Origin: an uncultured delta proteobacterium
Lineage (GTDB): Bacteria > Desulfobacterota > RBG-13-43-22
Direction: 5' to 3'
DNA length: 64,000 nucleotides
Assembly: GCA_963790475.1 (NCBI GenBank)
Contig: CAWBOS010000015.1
Span: 480,001 to 544,000 of the forward strand
Shown: in pieces, positions 30,776-41,778 of the stretch
Layout: each line of letters starts with the position of its first letter
Position numbering within the stretch: the first letter of the stretch is position 1
The notes under the pieces: model-generated
The model's database searches: none
What the model was told of the DNA's origin: nothing
Seen by the model: the letters and a program-made list of their open reading frames with translations, nothing else
Translations under genes and position numbers: made by a program

Positions 30776-31087
30776 TCAACCTCTTTGATCCTCATACCGG
30801 TCCAATTCCCTCTCAATTCTTAACTGCTCATCTACCATGCCTCGCTCATAGGCCGTCCTTGGAATATAAGCTGGTGCGGGGGTATAAATAACTTGGGAAG
30901 GCGGATAAACCGGAGGACAATAGATCTCCCTCGCAATAGCGCGAATAACTGGTGAGGCTAATACAGCTATGACCCCACCCAACAAGATAACGTCTCTGGT
31001 TCTCATGGCTTGGGCTTCACCAATTCCAGTTGCCAGGATTCCAAAGGTCATGATTATGACTAATTCTATTGCAAATATCTTTCTCAT
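30776..31087 (-). CDS. Hypothetical exported/membrane protein
   Basis: AGGAGG RBS, signal peptide, hydrophobic segment, Pro/Tyr-rich stretch. Confidence 0.6.
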   Translation of the reverse strand: MRKIFAIELVIIMTFGILATGIGEAQAMRTRDVILLGGVIAVLASPVIRAIAREIYCPPVYPPSQVIYTPAPAYIPRTAYERGMVDEQLRIERELDRYEDQRG

Positions 31088-31657
31088 GGAGACCTCCTTT
31101 TGACGGAATTATCGCCTTTTATTTATATAAGATGAAAAAAAGTGAAACAACGTTCAACTGGCAAAGGGTTGATCGCTGCCTTTATTTTTTAAAAATTCAG
31201 GGGATAGCTCTTTCTCTCGTTCCGTATCCTTCCTTCGCCAGGGGCTCATCCCCCTTCTGTTCTTAATAATTTAACCGACTTCCCTTTAAATCCTCTCCTT
31301 TGGGCCTTCCTCCTTTCTTCTCCCTTTCGTCCTTTTCTTCTTCCCACCTTTTCTCTCCCTTCCCCTTATCTAAAAGTGAAGGGGGGCAAGATTATGAAAC
31401 TCATTAATCTGTTAATCTGATAACCTAAATCGAATCTTAGTTTTCCTGATCAATGGATATAAAAAAGTCTGATCGATCTGGGTTTGTTGGAAAAATACTT
31501 AAATCAGGTATGTCAATAATTAAAGGAGAGCATTACCCGAATTGGCTTAAATAGGGTTATCACCCTTCACAAAATAACAAATGGCCTAACGGGTTAATGA
31601 CGAATCGGATTGATTGTCATGTTGCTTGACTGGAGCCTCAGTCGGAAGTGTTTGCCA

Positions 31658-32170
31658 TTATGGACTAGGTGCTTGGCATCCCTGCCTCTCGACAATAAAA
31701 CCTCGACGACTGCCGTATATTTCGACTGTTAATTGTACCTCATTTATAGTAGTGCGATGGTTTACCTTGATATTGATGCCTTGAATTGGGCAAAAATCTC
31801 GGGCTAATGCATCAATAAAAGGCCCCGCAGGGCACCTCACATGGATTTGGATACCACATAATGGAGTTGAAGTTTCTGTATCTGCGCCTTTATATAGCTT
31901 AAGGGCTCTCGGCTGACACCCTCCTCCACCCCCTGACAGCTGCTCTTGAAAGTCTCCTCCAGGTGGAACCTTAATGACTTGTGTACGACTTAGTCTGTTA
32001 GCGTCTTCGTAATCTATAGAGACGAAATAGGCTTGTGTGGAATTGCTGTTTAGCATAACCTCACAACTTTTAGGCCACTTAATTTTATCCGAAATTCGAC
32101 CCTCGCCATTAGTTGGCGCAAGACATCCGATTAATAAGACTAATACCGTTATGATCACTATCGTCTTCAT
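31658..32170 (-). CDS. Hypothetical secreted protein
   Basis: N-terminal signal-like sequence; several Cys. Confidence 0.6.
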   Translation of the reverse strand: MKTIVIITVLVLLIGCLAPTNGEGRISDKIKWPKSCEVMLNSNSTQAYFVSIDYEDANRLSRTQVIKVPPGGDFQEQLSGGGGGCQPRALKLYKGADTETSTPLCGIQIHVRCPAGPFIDALARDFCPIQGINIKVNHRTTINEVQLTVEIYGSRRGFIVERQGCQAPSP

Positions 32171-32546
32171 TATTTCTTTTTTTTGCCTGGACCTTTAGTG
32201 TCCATTGTAAATTGATAGGCAACAAGCCGGTTCTATCCAGTGGAGGAGGAGTTATTTTGAAAAATCAGAGCATAGCAATGCAAACCTGATGTGTCTTTTT
32301 TTTTGGAATTTCAAAGATCCGTTGGCCTAATTTCGGTGACCCATTCTTCTTGACTAATTTTTTTTAAAATTCATTTTATCAGCGGTCCTGTAGGCATCAT
32401 ACATTCCCCAAATCCACAAAATCGGAGTCGTTATAAAACCTACCAGGACATACATAAGCAGGATAGAAATACTGTAGGTTACAAACATCAAAATGCCTTT
32501 GAGTATTTGTCCGTTATAAATCTGTCTAAGACCACAATAGAAAAAA

Positions 32547-33997
32547 GGCCGCATCCGGCTTTTTCATGGGTATCCCCAATATGTTGTGTTTATTGAGGTT
32601 TGAATCTTAATGTTGGACAAGTTGGCTGTAGGGGAAATAACTTCAATCCACCACAATGAAAATATATTGCTGTTCGGTAGTGGGATCGATTTCGAAATCC
32701 ACAGGCCAATCGCTTGACCTTTTCTATTTTAGCATTGATACTTTCTCCCAGAGCATTGGTGATTCGATGTCTGGCATAAGTGACGATATTGTCGATATGA
32801 GTTTTTAGAGTATTGGCTGCTTTGATGACCGGGGCTAACCGTGAATGGGTTGCCCAAAAATACCATCGCTGAAAATAATGACGCATATGCGCCTCATAAC
32901 GGTAATCCCACAAATGTCGAATGTTTTCTTTAATAGCCCAAGCTCGGCAAACGCGCAGATCTTTCATCCGAAGCGTTTCAAATTCTTCTCTTCTCCATTC
33001 CGGAATATTCTCTTGACTCCACAACCACAGATACTTGGTCCCCTTCAGCACGGCCTCTCCTTGCTCGGAAAGCAATCGATGTTCATTCTTTCTCACTTTA
33101 TCCACGGCTTCCAGAACGTACTTCATGATGTGAAAACGATCAAAGACGATCTTTTTTTCCGCTCCAGGAATATAGGCCTTGGTGGCCGCAATATAGGGAT
33201 CCCACATGTCCATAGCCACGGCCTGGACTCCGGCCAACTCCTCATGGCTAAACTGCTGATAATAGCTTTCCAGACTTTCCTGTTTCCGATCATCAATAAC
33301 GTACTCAACCGTTCCGTTGTCCAGGTCATATACCAAGGATTCATATTTATGTCCTCGGGCAATAGCCTTTTCATCCACCCCAATACGGGACGGTATGCGA
33401 TGCTCTTTCCGGGACAATCCCCTGATAACAGCTCGTTCCAATGTATTCCAGCTCTGATCCCAGCTCAGACTGCACAGCCTGCCGGTAGCCTCAATACTGC
33501 ATTCTCGGGCTATTCGAATAACAAGGCTTTCAAAGGCATAGGTCATTTCCGAACCATTTTCTCCGAGTTCAGAAGTAATCTGTTTAACTCCATGATCAGG
33601 ACAATTAACCCGAGGCGTCCGAACATGAATATAGGTGGCCATCTGGCAGGTGTCCAGATGCCGATAAATTCTTTCCGGACTATGATCATAAACCCCATAA
33701 AACTGATCACACTCCGGGCATCTTACTTGTATGTCCTTTTCATGATCAAGATAGATGTCCACCCGTTGCTCCGCTTCATTAAGAATCACCCTGGTGATCA
33801 TCCAGGGGGGATGCAGTCCCAGCAGTTTGTAAAAAAAGGTCTTGTCGTCCATCCCTCTTTCTTTGCTAAAGTCTTTATGTTTTATTTTTTAATAAAAAAG
33901 CGGCTGCGAGAATGGGCCCCTAAACGGCTCGTCGGAGCAGTCGTCTTCCATTGTACCACAACATGTTGGGGGCACCCATGAAAAACCCGGGAGCCCC
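32547..33997 (-). mobile_element. ISL3-family insertion sequence
   Basis: ~41-bp imperfect terminal IRs (GGCCGCATCCGGCTTTTTCATGGGTATCCCCAATATGTTGTG / GGGGCTCCCGGGTTTTTCATGGGTGCCCCCAACATGTTGTG); 7-bp DR GAAAAAA at 32540-32546 and 33998-34004. Confidence 0.9.
32590..33852 (-). CDS. ISL3-family transposase
   Basis: CPEC zinc finger, GVDE, MDMW..Y, FDRFH, TNALGESIN.KI...KR.A.GFRN motifs. Confidence 0.95.
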   Translation of the reverse strand: MDDKTFFYKLLGLHPPWMITRVILNEAEQRVDIYLDHEKDIQVRCPECDQFYGVYDHSPERIYRHLDTCQMATYIHVRTPRVNCPDHGVKQITSELGENGSEMTYAFESLVIRIARECSIEATGRLCSLSWDQSWNTLERAVIRGLSRKEHRIPSRIGVDEKAIARGHKYESLVYDLDNGTVEYVIDDRKQESLESYYQQFSHEELAGVQAVAMDMWDPYIAATKAYIPGAEKKIVFDRFHIMKYVLEAVDKVRKNEHRLLSEQGEAVLKGTKYLWLWSQENIPEWRREEFETLRMKDLRVCRAWAIKENIRHLWDYRYEAHMRHYFQRWYFWATHSRLAPVIKAANTLKTHIDNIVTYARHRITNALGESINAKIEKVKRLACGFRNRSHYRTAIYFHCGGLKLFPLQPTCPTLRFKPQ

Positions 33998-34074
33998 GAA
34001 AAAAGAAAGAACCGCAGCTACCCCAGGATTCTTCATAAAATATCCTACTTCTCAAAAATATCCTATCTGGTTGG

Positions 34075-35199
34075 TTAATGTGGGATACTAAAATCATTTG
34101 ATATTGTCTTAATAATATCAGACACTTTAGTTACAGAAATATCAGGATAATAGATATCTGGCTTAATGCCTTTTCCTACACGGGAAATATTGTCAGGGAG
34201 ACGGATGGCAAGGGTGGTCAACCAGAGTTCCCCTCCCTCGGAAAGGGGAAAAATCGTCTGTGATACGAATTTACCAAAACTCTGTTCCCCTGCCACGTGA
34301 GCTAGTTTGTAGTATTGTAAAATTCCGACGATAATTTCTGCGGCGCTAGCGGTACGACTATCGATGAGCAACCATACAGGATTGGAAAGTTTTTTCCCTT
34401 GTGGCGCCCGATATGTTTTAACTACTCCAGTGCGATTATACGTACTGGCTAAACGACGGCCTGCGGGAACAAACAACCCTGCAACATCCAGGGATTCATA
34501 AAAATCGCCCCCGGAGCATCCGCGGAGATCAATCACAACCCGAGTGCCAGGTCGGACCAGCGTTGTGCACAGGGCAGACAGGCTGGGCGCTGTGTCATGG
34601 GAAACAAAATTCCTTATGCGCACAATAATATCAGTGCCTATGCGGTTCCATGTTATCGAAGATGGCCGATATGGAACAGGCATAATCTTGTAATTTTTCC
34701 CTTTGCTTTCCGGGGAGGTGGAAACGGTAAGTATCACTCGCTCCTCTTGTACTGCTCTATCAAGTAAGGATGAAATCCTGGATAAATTATCATTTTCGAC
34801 ATTTATGTTATTGATTGCCAGCAATAGGCCAATTTCAGGAATCCCGGCCTGGTCTGCAGGTCCGTTGGGGTCCGATCGTATCCATAATCTGGATTTATAA
34901 GCAAAAACTTCCATTCCCAAATGAAAGGAGGAAGATGAATTTCCTGGGTAGAAGGGTGGTGGAACATAGCGGGCGTATGGATCGATCGCAAGCAAACCTG
35001 TCGCTAAATGGTTGGTGTCCAGTGCTGCCAGTAATTTGGCGGACGGTGGCCGCAAGGACTTTTTAGCAATGATTGAACGTAGTTCAACAATGGAGGGAGC
35101 TGGCTGTGCTACTGACACAATAAGCGTCAAGTCAATTGTGGACAATAGAAGCAAAATTGCCCATGACTTTGAACACAAACCAATATTAACGTGACGCAT
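34075..35199 (-). CDS. S41 family (tail-specific) peptidase
   Basis: DPY..Y, IDLRGCSGG, TASAAE, GEQSFGK and GIKPD motifs; ATG at 35199 overlaps the upstream stop. Confidence 0.85.
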   Translation of the reverse strand: MRHVNIGLCSKSWAILLLLSTIDLTLIVSVAQPAPSIVELRSIIAKKSLRPPSAKLLAALDTNHLATGLLAIDPYARYVPPPFYPGNSSSSFHLGMEVFAYKSRLWIRSDPNGPADQAGIPEIGLLLAINNINVENDNLSRISSLLDRAVQEERVILTVSTSPESKGKNYKIMPVPYRPSSITWNRIGTDIIVRIRNFVSHDTAPSLSALCTTLVRPGTRVVIDLRGCSGGDFYESLDVAGLFVPAGRRLASTYNRTGVVKTYRAPQGKKLSNPVWLLIDSRTASAAEIIVGILQYYKLAHVAGEQSFGKFVSQTIFPLSEGGELWLTTLAIRLPDNISRVGKGIKPDIYYPDISVTKVSDIIKTISNDFSIPH

Positions 35200-35731
35200 C
35201 GGAAAGGGCTTGCAAATATTTGACCAACCTCCTGTACTCTTCAGCAAGGCGATCTCTTTCCCTCTTGAGCATTTGGTAGCGACCAGGGTCAGCAGCACTA
35301 CCACCAGCGCGATCCAATTCGGCAAGAGCGTATTGCTGTGATTTTAATCGAAGTCGATGATCTTCAATCTTACGGTTTAGTATGGCTATTTCAGATTTCT
35401 GCTTATCAGATTTAGCATTAAGCTGTTTTATGTCAGACTCCAGACTGGAAAGATCCGCCTCCATCTTGGCCATATGTTCCTGTTCCGATGCGAGCGCAAG
35501 GTCACGATCCTGAGCGGTGCTTTGCAAAGTCTGGGACTGTTCATTTAAATCTTGGTTGAGGCGCTGCTGACCTGACAATTCTTCCTGCCGCTGGTGAATA
35601 CGGGAGTCATAGGCACCTGTACTAAGACCATGCAAGCCTCCAAACAGTCCGCCCTTTCTGGGGTCGTTGCTTACTGCACAGGCTGTCAAGGTAATTGAGA
35701 GTAAGAGAGTGATCACAAACCATCTACACAT
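35186..35731 (-). CDS. Coiled-coil lipoprotein
   Basis: Lipobox LTAC; DPRKGGLFGG; heptad-rich body. Confidence 0.75.
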   Translation of the reverse strand: MCRWFVITLLLSITLTACAVSNDPRKGGLFGGLHGLSTGAYDSRIHQRQEELSGQQRLNQDLNEQSQTLQSTAQDRDLALASEQEHMAKMEADLSSLESDIKQLNAKSDKQKSEIAILNRKIEDHRLRLKSQQYALAELDRAGGSAADPGRYQMLKRERDRLAEEYRRLVKYLQALSDASR

Positions 35732-35733
35732 AA

Positions 35734-36408
35734 CTATCTCCTCACTTTAAGCGATTCAACCAGTTGCGCCATTTGTTTATTGTTACTATCGAGCAGTGCA
35801 ATATTATTTCTTAATGCACTGACTTCCTGATCGAGTTTTGCTACATTCGACTGGCTCTGCGTTTCGCTGATGCTTTTCTGATACTCGGTCAGTGCAATCA
35901 ATTCCTTGCTTTTATCGTCTTTGATTTTATCAGCATCTCTAATCAACTTAATAATTTGACCTTGTTTATTTTTCAAGGCAATCTCCGTAACCCTTCTTGC
36001 CTTATAGAGGGATTTGAGGTTAGAAATTTCTTTGTCCAGGGTATTGATCCGATTGGTTGTTGCCACATTATATTCTTCCAATTGTTTGTTATATTGCATG
36101 ACAACTTGGATCTCGCCATTCAGACGATCCTCCTCATTGGCATATTTCTGCTTCCGATCTGCGACCGTACTTCCTATTGCATAACCTGTACCAGCACCTA
36201 GAAGCCCGCCGATGCCCGCTCCTATGGCTGCCCCCTGTTTACCACCCAGAAGGGCGCCGGCGACGGCGCCTGCTGCAGCTCCAACTCCTGCGCCTAGCAA
36301 TGTTCCCTCCGTTTTGGTTCGGGTTGCATCATTGCTTATGTTAGCACATCCTGAAAACATTGCTAATACAATACCCATGGCTATCAGTTTATTCAATATC
36401 CGCATCAT
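35734..36408 (-). CDS. Glycine-zipper lipoprotein with coiled coil
   Basis: Lipobox FSGC; GAGVGAAAGAVAG...GAAIGAGIGG. Confidence 0.8.
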   Translation of the reverse strand: MMRILNKLIAMGIVLAMFSGCANISNDATRTKTEGTLLGAGVGAAAGAVAGALLGGKQGAAIGAGIGGLLGAGTGYAIGSTVADRKQKYANEEDRLNGEIQVVMQYNKQLEEYNVATTNRINTLDKEISNLKSLYKARRVTEIALKNKQGQIIKLIRDADKIKDDKSKELIALTEYQKSISETQSQSNVAKLDQEVSALRNNIALLDSNNKQMAQLVESLKVRR

Positions 36409-36441
36409 GACGTCAAGCTCCTTTGTTGGTATGGTATAAAA

Positions 36442-37434
36442 TCAGTCAACAAAATTGTTAAAACGATGTGTGAAATTCGAGAGCATTTTTACTGGATCAG
36501 GTTTAGGGTTGTTGCGCAAGTCATTCACATGACTGGCAAGCAACTCGGCAACAATCTTTTCACGAGGTGCTGGGTCTCCGTTCTTGATTGTATCCATTGC
36601 ATAGGAGACCTGTTCAGGCGTATAACGACCAAGTTCAAGGACTTTGTTGACATAGGCCATCAGGCTTTGATCTCTTGCGTTTCGTGCATTGCTAATCGTA
36701 CTTTCTGCAGATACCACCTGGTCCTGATAGCGGGGGGAAATCGCCTGCAATTGTTTTGCGGCTTGAAGCACCTTCTCGAACTTAGGCAGATTGCAAATCG
36801 TAACTGAAAGATTAGTACCCTGGCGTAGCGCCTCCAACGCTAAAATGCGGGCAGTCTCACGTTTAGAATCTCCTTGTGTAGTCGGTACGGGTGGAGTCGG
36901 AGGGGGAGAAGGAGCTTTTTCAGTTCCACCTGTTCCAGGGGCATACCCCTCTGGGGGGGGCTTGGGTTTATCACGGATGCCAAAATAGACAACAATAACA
37001 ACTAACAATAGGATAGCAACCGCCGCCCATTTCCATTTTCCCCAAATTGCATTACCCTTAGATATAGGGCTATCTATCGGTAAAGATCCATCCTTGAGTT
37101 TTGTCGTTGCGGGTATAGGTTCAGCATGTGATCCTGCCGATTTATTCTCCTCTGAGAGTATTTTCTCCGTATCTGTATTCGGTGTATCGTTTGGAGGTTC
37201 AACATGCTTTTTGGAAGGCTGATTCTCTAGTGAAGGGCTTCCAGGGCTAGCCATCCCAACACTGGCTTCCTCCAAGACCTGTTCCCGAGTTTGCCCGGTA
37301 TCGCGCAACTCGCCAGTCGCTTTTATGACTGGAACGACCACTATCAGAATACCGCAGTAAGGGCAATATGTTACCGGTCCATACAGAAACTTACCGCAAG
37401 CTCGGCATGAAACGGGGTAAGATTGCTCAAGCAT
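36442..37434 (-). CDS. Zinc-ribbon single-pass membrane protein
   Basis: CRACG...CPYCG, disordered linker, TM helix, Pro-rich linker, helical C-terminal domain. Confidence 0.7.
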   Translation of the reverse strand: MLEQSYPVSCRACGKFLYGPVTYCPYCGILIVVVPVIKATGELRDTGQTREQVLEEASVGMASPGSPSLENQPSKKHVEPPNDTPNTDTEKILSEENKSAGSHAEPIPATTKLKDGSLPIDSPISKGNAIWGKWKWAAVAILLLVVIVVYFGIRDKPKPPPEGYAPGTGGTEKAPSPPPTPPVPTTQGDSKRETARILALEALRQGTNLSVTICNLPKFEKVLQAAKQLQAISPRYQDQVVSAESTISNARNARDQSLMAYVNKVLELGRYTPEQVSYAMDTIKNGDPAPREKIVAELLASHVNDLRNNPKPDPVKMLSNFTHRFNNFVD

Positions 37435-37539
37435 GAGGGATTATGTCCTTTATAGACCTAAGGCCGATATTCCTACCCATGCCGTCTTGAGCAATAAAAA
37501 TATTTGCCTGGGTTCTTCTCATCGTGTTCTCATGCTCAT

Positions 37540-38031
37540 TTACTTAAATGCGGTTTTCCTGGTAATCCTGACTTTGTTAGAGGGCACATTTTTCATAGAT
37601 ATTTCCTGTTTAGCGCGACGTTTTGTGCCATCTCCCTTGATGTCAGATTGTTTGTATTGGTCTGGTTTATAAAAGCCACTAACCAACTCTTTTTTCGTAT
37701 GTTTTTGTGGAATTCCCATATTCTTTTTATATGTATTCTCACTTGGCGTCGGGCCTTTCAAGTGCCCGGAAAACAAATACTTACCTTTTTTTATTCCTTT
37801 TTTGCTTATATTTTCTCCAGGATTGGTAGCCCTTGTAAACGGCCGCCATCTTCCGCTATTCCTTGTTTCCGCTTTTTTCATTTCGACTTTATTCTGTTTC
37901 AAGTTCTCTTTTCCGGTTTTTGTCTCTCCCTTGCAGTAAGCAATTTCCGACATTGGGAAGATCAACCCGATTACCATACAGGATATAAAAGTTAGGAGTT
38001 TTATGTCCCGATTAAAGCCTTTTCTGCCCAT
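37540..38031 (-). CDS. Lys-rich hypothetical exported protein
   Basis: AGGAGG RBS, N-terminal hydrophobic stretch, low complexity. Confidence 0.5.
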   Translation of the reverse strand: MGRKGFNRDIKLLTFISCMVIGLIFPMSEIAYCKGETKTGKENLKQNKVEMKKAETRNSGRWRPFTRATNPGENISKKGIKKGKYLFSGHLKGPTPSENTYKKNMGIPQKHTKKELVSGFYKPDQYKQSDIKGDGTKRRAKQEISMKNVPSNKVRITRKTAFK

Positions 38032-38103
38032 AATTGCCTCCTGGAATCAGTAGCTTGGTATTATAAACGTCCATGCTGATCTACGCGAACCATTCCTGCG
38101 TCA

Positions 38104-41100
38104 CTATACCGTTGGAAGCGGTGGTGGAACCACTCCGAATACAGATGCTATCCCGGCCACAGTTGATGCAGCCGCCCACGAAACCATCCCATCCATCCAG
38201 ACCAATGAATCTTTCGTCAACTGACCTGAGTATACCATTTGACGTAGGATGGGCATATCGAAAGGGCCAGCTTGTTGACCATTCACTGCCACAAATACCT
38301 GGATTTGCTGCTGCGGAAGCGGCGGAGGCCCACCCGGCAAAGTGCCCGCCTGCACCTTTGGCTGTTGCTCAGCCACCACAGCCTGCGGTAGTTTCCAGCC
38401 CGGTTGTAATACTGCATTAAGTAACACTCTCTTGGTCTGGATATTACGCATATTGACCTCATATTGATAAACATCCGAAGCTGACTTGGGGATCTCGATC
38501 GTCCAATCGTGCACCAAATCACTAGCTGTCCGCAACAAACGTTCAGCTGTTCCCTGCCCTAACTTCAGCTCCAATCTCCTGGTCCAATCCTCCACCAACT
38601 TCTCGCACATCAAGGTTGGGAGTGATTTCCGATCCACGTCTACTCCATCACTCCGGAATGTCGCTATGGGGTAAACCGACGATGCATAGTACTCAAGTAA
38701 TGCAATCCACATCGCAAGTTGGTCCGGTGAATTTAATTTTTCCAGATCTTCATCAACCTGTTCCTGTATAATGGGCCGATACACCTCCGGTATTCCGATA
38801 AGCCGGAGTTTTTTCTCATCACCAATTGATTGGGTTCTGCCACGCTTCGTCACACTGTAAAGACCCGCATCCTCCCCTCTCTCTGTGCGTTTAAGCACAC
38901 CCAAAGCGACCGCCTGTACGAATAATTTAAAGTCCTCGGCGCGGGAGGACAATTCATCGAGAGTCAATTCACGGGCATGCACAAATGTACTGGTTGAGCG
39001 ATGGGTATGAACCGGAATTTTATCCTCGCTACGATAGCTGACATACCACTGATCTAATGACTTTAGGGATGGTAACGGTAATCCGGATAGTTCCGTATAG
39101 CAAACCACCTTACCTGGCGTGTCTATATCGACAAATCCGACTTCCTTAGCAGTCATCATGGTCATTGGAGGCAAACGATTCAATAGCAATTTTCCATACT
39201 TGTCCTCAAATTTTTTGGCGTCCTTCACACCGATAAGGCACTTATATTGATCTTTAGGGTTCTGCGGTTTAAGGTAGCCCTCAACCTTTGCTCCCACCCA
39301 CGGCATGGCACGCTGCAGAAAGTCGGTAAACAATTGTGACAGACTTGCATGATTTGCATACTCATCCAAAGCAGCGAACAGAGGGTTCTCTTCATCAGTC
39401 TCCGCATCCCCCCCAATTAGGCTAAGCGCACGGTTGCGAAGCTTGCTCAGAAGCTCGGACCGGCCATCGTCCTCCTTCAACAACGAAAAGAGTTGTTGAG
39501 TTCCTCCAAAATCCTGGAAGGCTTCTTCAGCCCATCGGCGTGCCTGGTCTCGCGGCAATAGTTCCAGTCCATCAAGTCGGCTTTTCGGCGCTGGCAAGAC
39601 AAAGTACATGGCATGACCCTGTTTCATCGCCTCATTGGTGCGGGCAATCTGATCCTCCGCATCGTTAATGATTGCGCGTACCAAGCTCCGCCCTGTTTCC
39701 ATCTCACCAATAAACCCGCCCCAGATAGGGTTGCCATCGGCATCAGTCCCTTGTTGCTTGCCCAAAGCTTCCGATAGGGCATGCACAAGCACTGCTGCCT
39801 CACGGCTTGCTGCGGCATACAGGTGGTAGCGCACATACAATTTGACCGCTTCGGATATCTGCTTGAGCTTCATCTCAGACTGTGTTTGCGCGGATGTCCA
39901 TTTGCCGGTGGCTTGCAGCAGGTGTTCTTGCAGTCTTGCTGTTTCCTCATTGCGTAGCAAGCCCGATAGATCAGAGAACCATTTTGCGTTTTCTTCAAGA
40001 GCCTTAACAATCCCAGTGTTTGCGTTTTCCAGCCTGTCCTTAATACGCTGGATAAGCTCTATCGTATAGTCAAGGCCTCCTCGTTCTTTATTGTCCACTC
40101 TCATCCATAGTGCCCTTAGCAAACCATGGTCTGGAGTGGGATCAAGTAATTCCATAAGCATCTCTGTGCGACGCTTACGAATTGCATCCTCATGAAGACC
40201 ACTGCCTGATTCCACAGCTTTAAAAGTATCATGATTAATATTAGTGAGAGCTTCTGCTACTTTCGAAGGCCACTCCTTGTAGTTACCGCCGGTTCGAATT
40301 TCTTCAAAACGATCAACTATCCGTTTCTCCACATCGTCCAATTTGGAGATGCCATTTACCCTCAGAAGTTCCATGGCCAAGGGATATGTGGTGCGTTCAG
40401 CGCCCTTTTTGTAGAGATCGTTTTTGACAACGAAATCGTAATCGATAATTTCATTATCCACGCCAAGATGCATTCGGTTAGCCAGGATATCATCTCGCTC
40501 ACCCTCCGTTGGGATATTGCTTTTGGGATCGTCGGATGCTACACCAAAAAAAGCCTTTAGCATCCCATTGACTTGACGGAACAACAGAACGTTTTTTTTC
40601 TGCTCCAGGTGAGTGTCTATGGTCGCTTGAGCGAACGATGAGAATGCACGGGAAAAGGTAAGACTCATATCACCGTAAGTTTCCTTCGGCAATGGCATCT
40701 CGTAAGGGACAATCTTGTATTGATTCTGATTGACCGAAATCGAGCGCTTTCTGTTTGCGAAATCCGCCGTCGAGAAATCCTCAAACAGGGAATCGGCAAT
40801 CATGTCGTACAGGTCTTTTATATCACCAGTTTTGGCACCGGCGAGGTTGGCCGTGTCGAGAAGATAGACATCACTGTATGGAGAATTTGACATATCGCGT
40901 GGTATTTCGCCTGCGGTCCACTGTTTAATGTAAGACGACCCTTGGCGCATGCAGGTCTCTAATTCCATCAAAGCGGCATAAGTATTCGCTTCCGTACGCG
41001 TTAAACCCGCCCCTTTGTAACCCGACGGCAGCATGAGTACCAGATTGGTCGTCACGCCTTGATTGGCAGCATCCCTACCAAGCCATCCGGAAAGATACCC

Positions 41101-41745
41101 TAAATCCAAAAAGCTTCCAGATCCGGTACCACCGGCTGTCGAGGCAACCACAACAATTTTGAGTGCGCCTATCTGTACTCTGAAGCCTAAACGTTTTTGT
41201 GCCAGATCTGATTGAACGTTATCCAACAAAGAGTCGGCTTTTGAACGAATGGCGCTCTTTATTTCCTGGTATTTATCAAAAAAATAGAGTCTGGAAATAG
41301 CGCGGATCTGCCCCGCGCCTTTCTCTGGATCAATGTTAAGCTCATTTATAGTTTTCCGGGACAGCGGGAACCACTCTTTAATCAGTGGATAACGATCAAG
41401 ATCCTCATCGCTTTTTGTGTATTTGTTAAGATCCAGCTTTTTGACAAGCTTTTCCGATTCCTTAAACTGTACCTTGTTAGCTAATATGTCACTTTTTTGA
41501 GCAATCCCCTGTTCAGTTTCAAAGGTACTCAAATCAATATAGAGGAACTCAGCAAATGGGAACTCGGTAAGGCTTTCAAGTCGTACCGAATTTCCTGTTC
41601 CGGCGCCCCACAAAGTGTTCAGAATTCGTCTCCGAATCCTCCAAAGAACCTGAGCTCCGGTTCCCCCTAAAGCGATAAACAATGTAGGCACCACCTCCGT
41701 AAGTATAACTTCGGTTTTCTTCCCTTCTTTTGATTCTTCTGCCAT
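38104..41745 (-). CDS. Tubulin/FtsZ-like (Tubulin_2/FtsZl1-type) GTPase with C-terminal GYF_2-like domain
   Basis: IALGGTG, GAGQIR and AGGTGSG signature motifs; long helical region; C-terminal NGQQAGPF...LVWMDGMVSW flanked by PPPLP. Confidence 0.85.
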   Translation of the reverse strand: MAEESKEGKKTEVILTEVVPTLFIALGGTGAQVLWRIRRRILNTLWGAGTGNSVRLESLTEFPFAEFLYIDLSTFETEQGIAQKSDILANKVQFKESEKLVKKLDLNKYTKSDEDLDRYPLIKEWFPLSRKTINELNIDPEKGAGQIRAISRLYFFDKYQEIKSAIRSKADSLLDNVQSDLAQKRLGFRVQIGALKIVVVASTAGGTGSGSFLDLGYLSGWLGRDAANQGVTTNLVLMLPSGYKGAGLTRTEANTYAALMELETCMRQGSSYIKQWTAGEIPRDMSNSPYSDVYLLDTANLAGAKTGDIKDLYDMIADSLFEDFSTADFANRKRSISVNQNQYKIVPYEMPLPKETYGDMSLTFSRAFSSFAQATIDTHLEQKKNVLLFRQVNGMLKAFFGVASDDPKSNIPTEGERDDILANRMHLGVDNEIIDYDFVVKNDLYKKGAERTTYPLAMELLRVNGISKLDDVEKRIVDRFEEIRTGGNYKEWPSKVAEALTNINHDTFKAVESGSGLHEDAIRKRRTEMLMELLDPTPDHGLLRALWMRVDNKERGGLDYTIELIQRIKDRLENANTGIVKALEENAKWFSDLSGLLRNEETARLQEHLLQATGKWTSAQTQSEMKLKQISEAVKLYVRYHLYAAASREAAVLVHALSEALGKQQGTDADGNPIWGGFIGEMETGRSLVRAIINDAEDQIARTNEAMKQGHAMYFVLPAPKSRLDGLELLPRDQARRWAEEAFQDFGGTQQLFSLLKEDDGRSELLSKLRNRALSLIGGDAETDEENPLFAALDEYANHASLSQLFTDFLQRAMPWVGAKVEGYLKPQNPKDQYKCLIGVKDAKKFEDKYGKLLLNRLPPMTMMTAKEVGFVDIDTPGKVVCYTELSGLPLPSLKSLDQWYVSYRSEDKIPVHTHRSTSTFVHARELTLDELSSRAEDFKLFVQAVALGVLKRTERGEDAGLYSVTKRGRTQSIGDEKKLRLIGIPEVYRPIIQEQVDEDLEKLNSPDQLAMWIALLEYYASSVYPIATFRSDGVDVDRKSLPTLMCEKLVEDWTRRLELKLGQGTAERLLRTASDLVHDWTIEIPKSASDVYQYEVNMRNIQTKRVLLNAVLQPGWKLPQAVVAEQQPKVQAGTLPGGPPPLPQQQIQVFVAVNGQQAGPFDMPILRQMVYSGQLTKDSLVWMDGMVSWAAASTVAGIASVFGVVPPPLPTV

Positions 41746-41778
41746 ATTTCAACCTCCTATAAGGTTTGCCGCGCTCAA

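Larger units (their letters stand above)
32354..34036 (-). pseudogene. Small TM2-like membrane protein gene split by ISL3
   Basis: Removing 32547-33997 and one GAAAAAA copy restores MKNPGVAAVLSFFYCGLRQIYNGQILKG... in frame. Confidence 0.85.

Noticed and set aside
31200-31385. Pyrimidine-rich tract as a functional element
   Set aside because: Low complexity, no periodicity and no supported ORF; probably decayed sequence.
35200-35325. N-terminal extension of the S41 peptidase ORF
   Set aside because: Overlaps the upstream lipoprotein gene; ATG at 35199 gives a coupled start followed by a signal-like segment.
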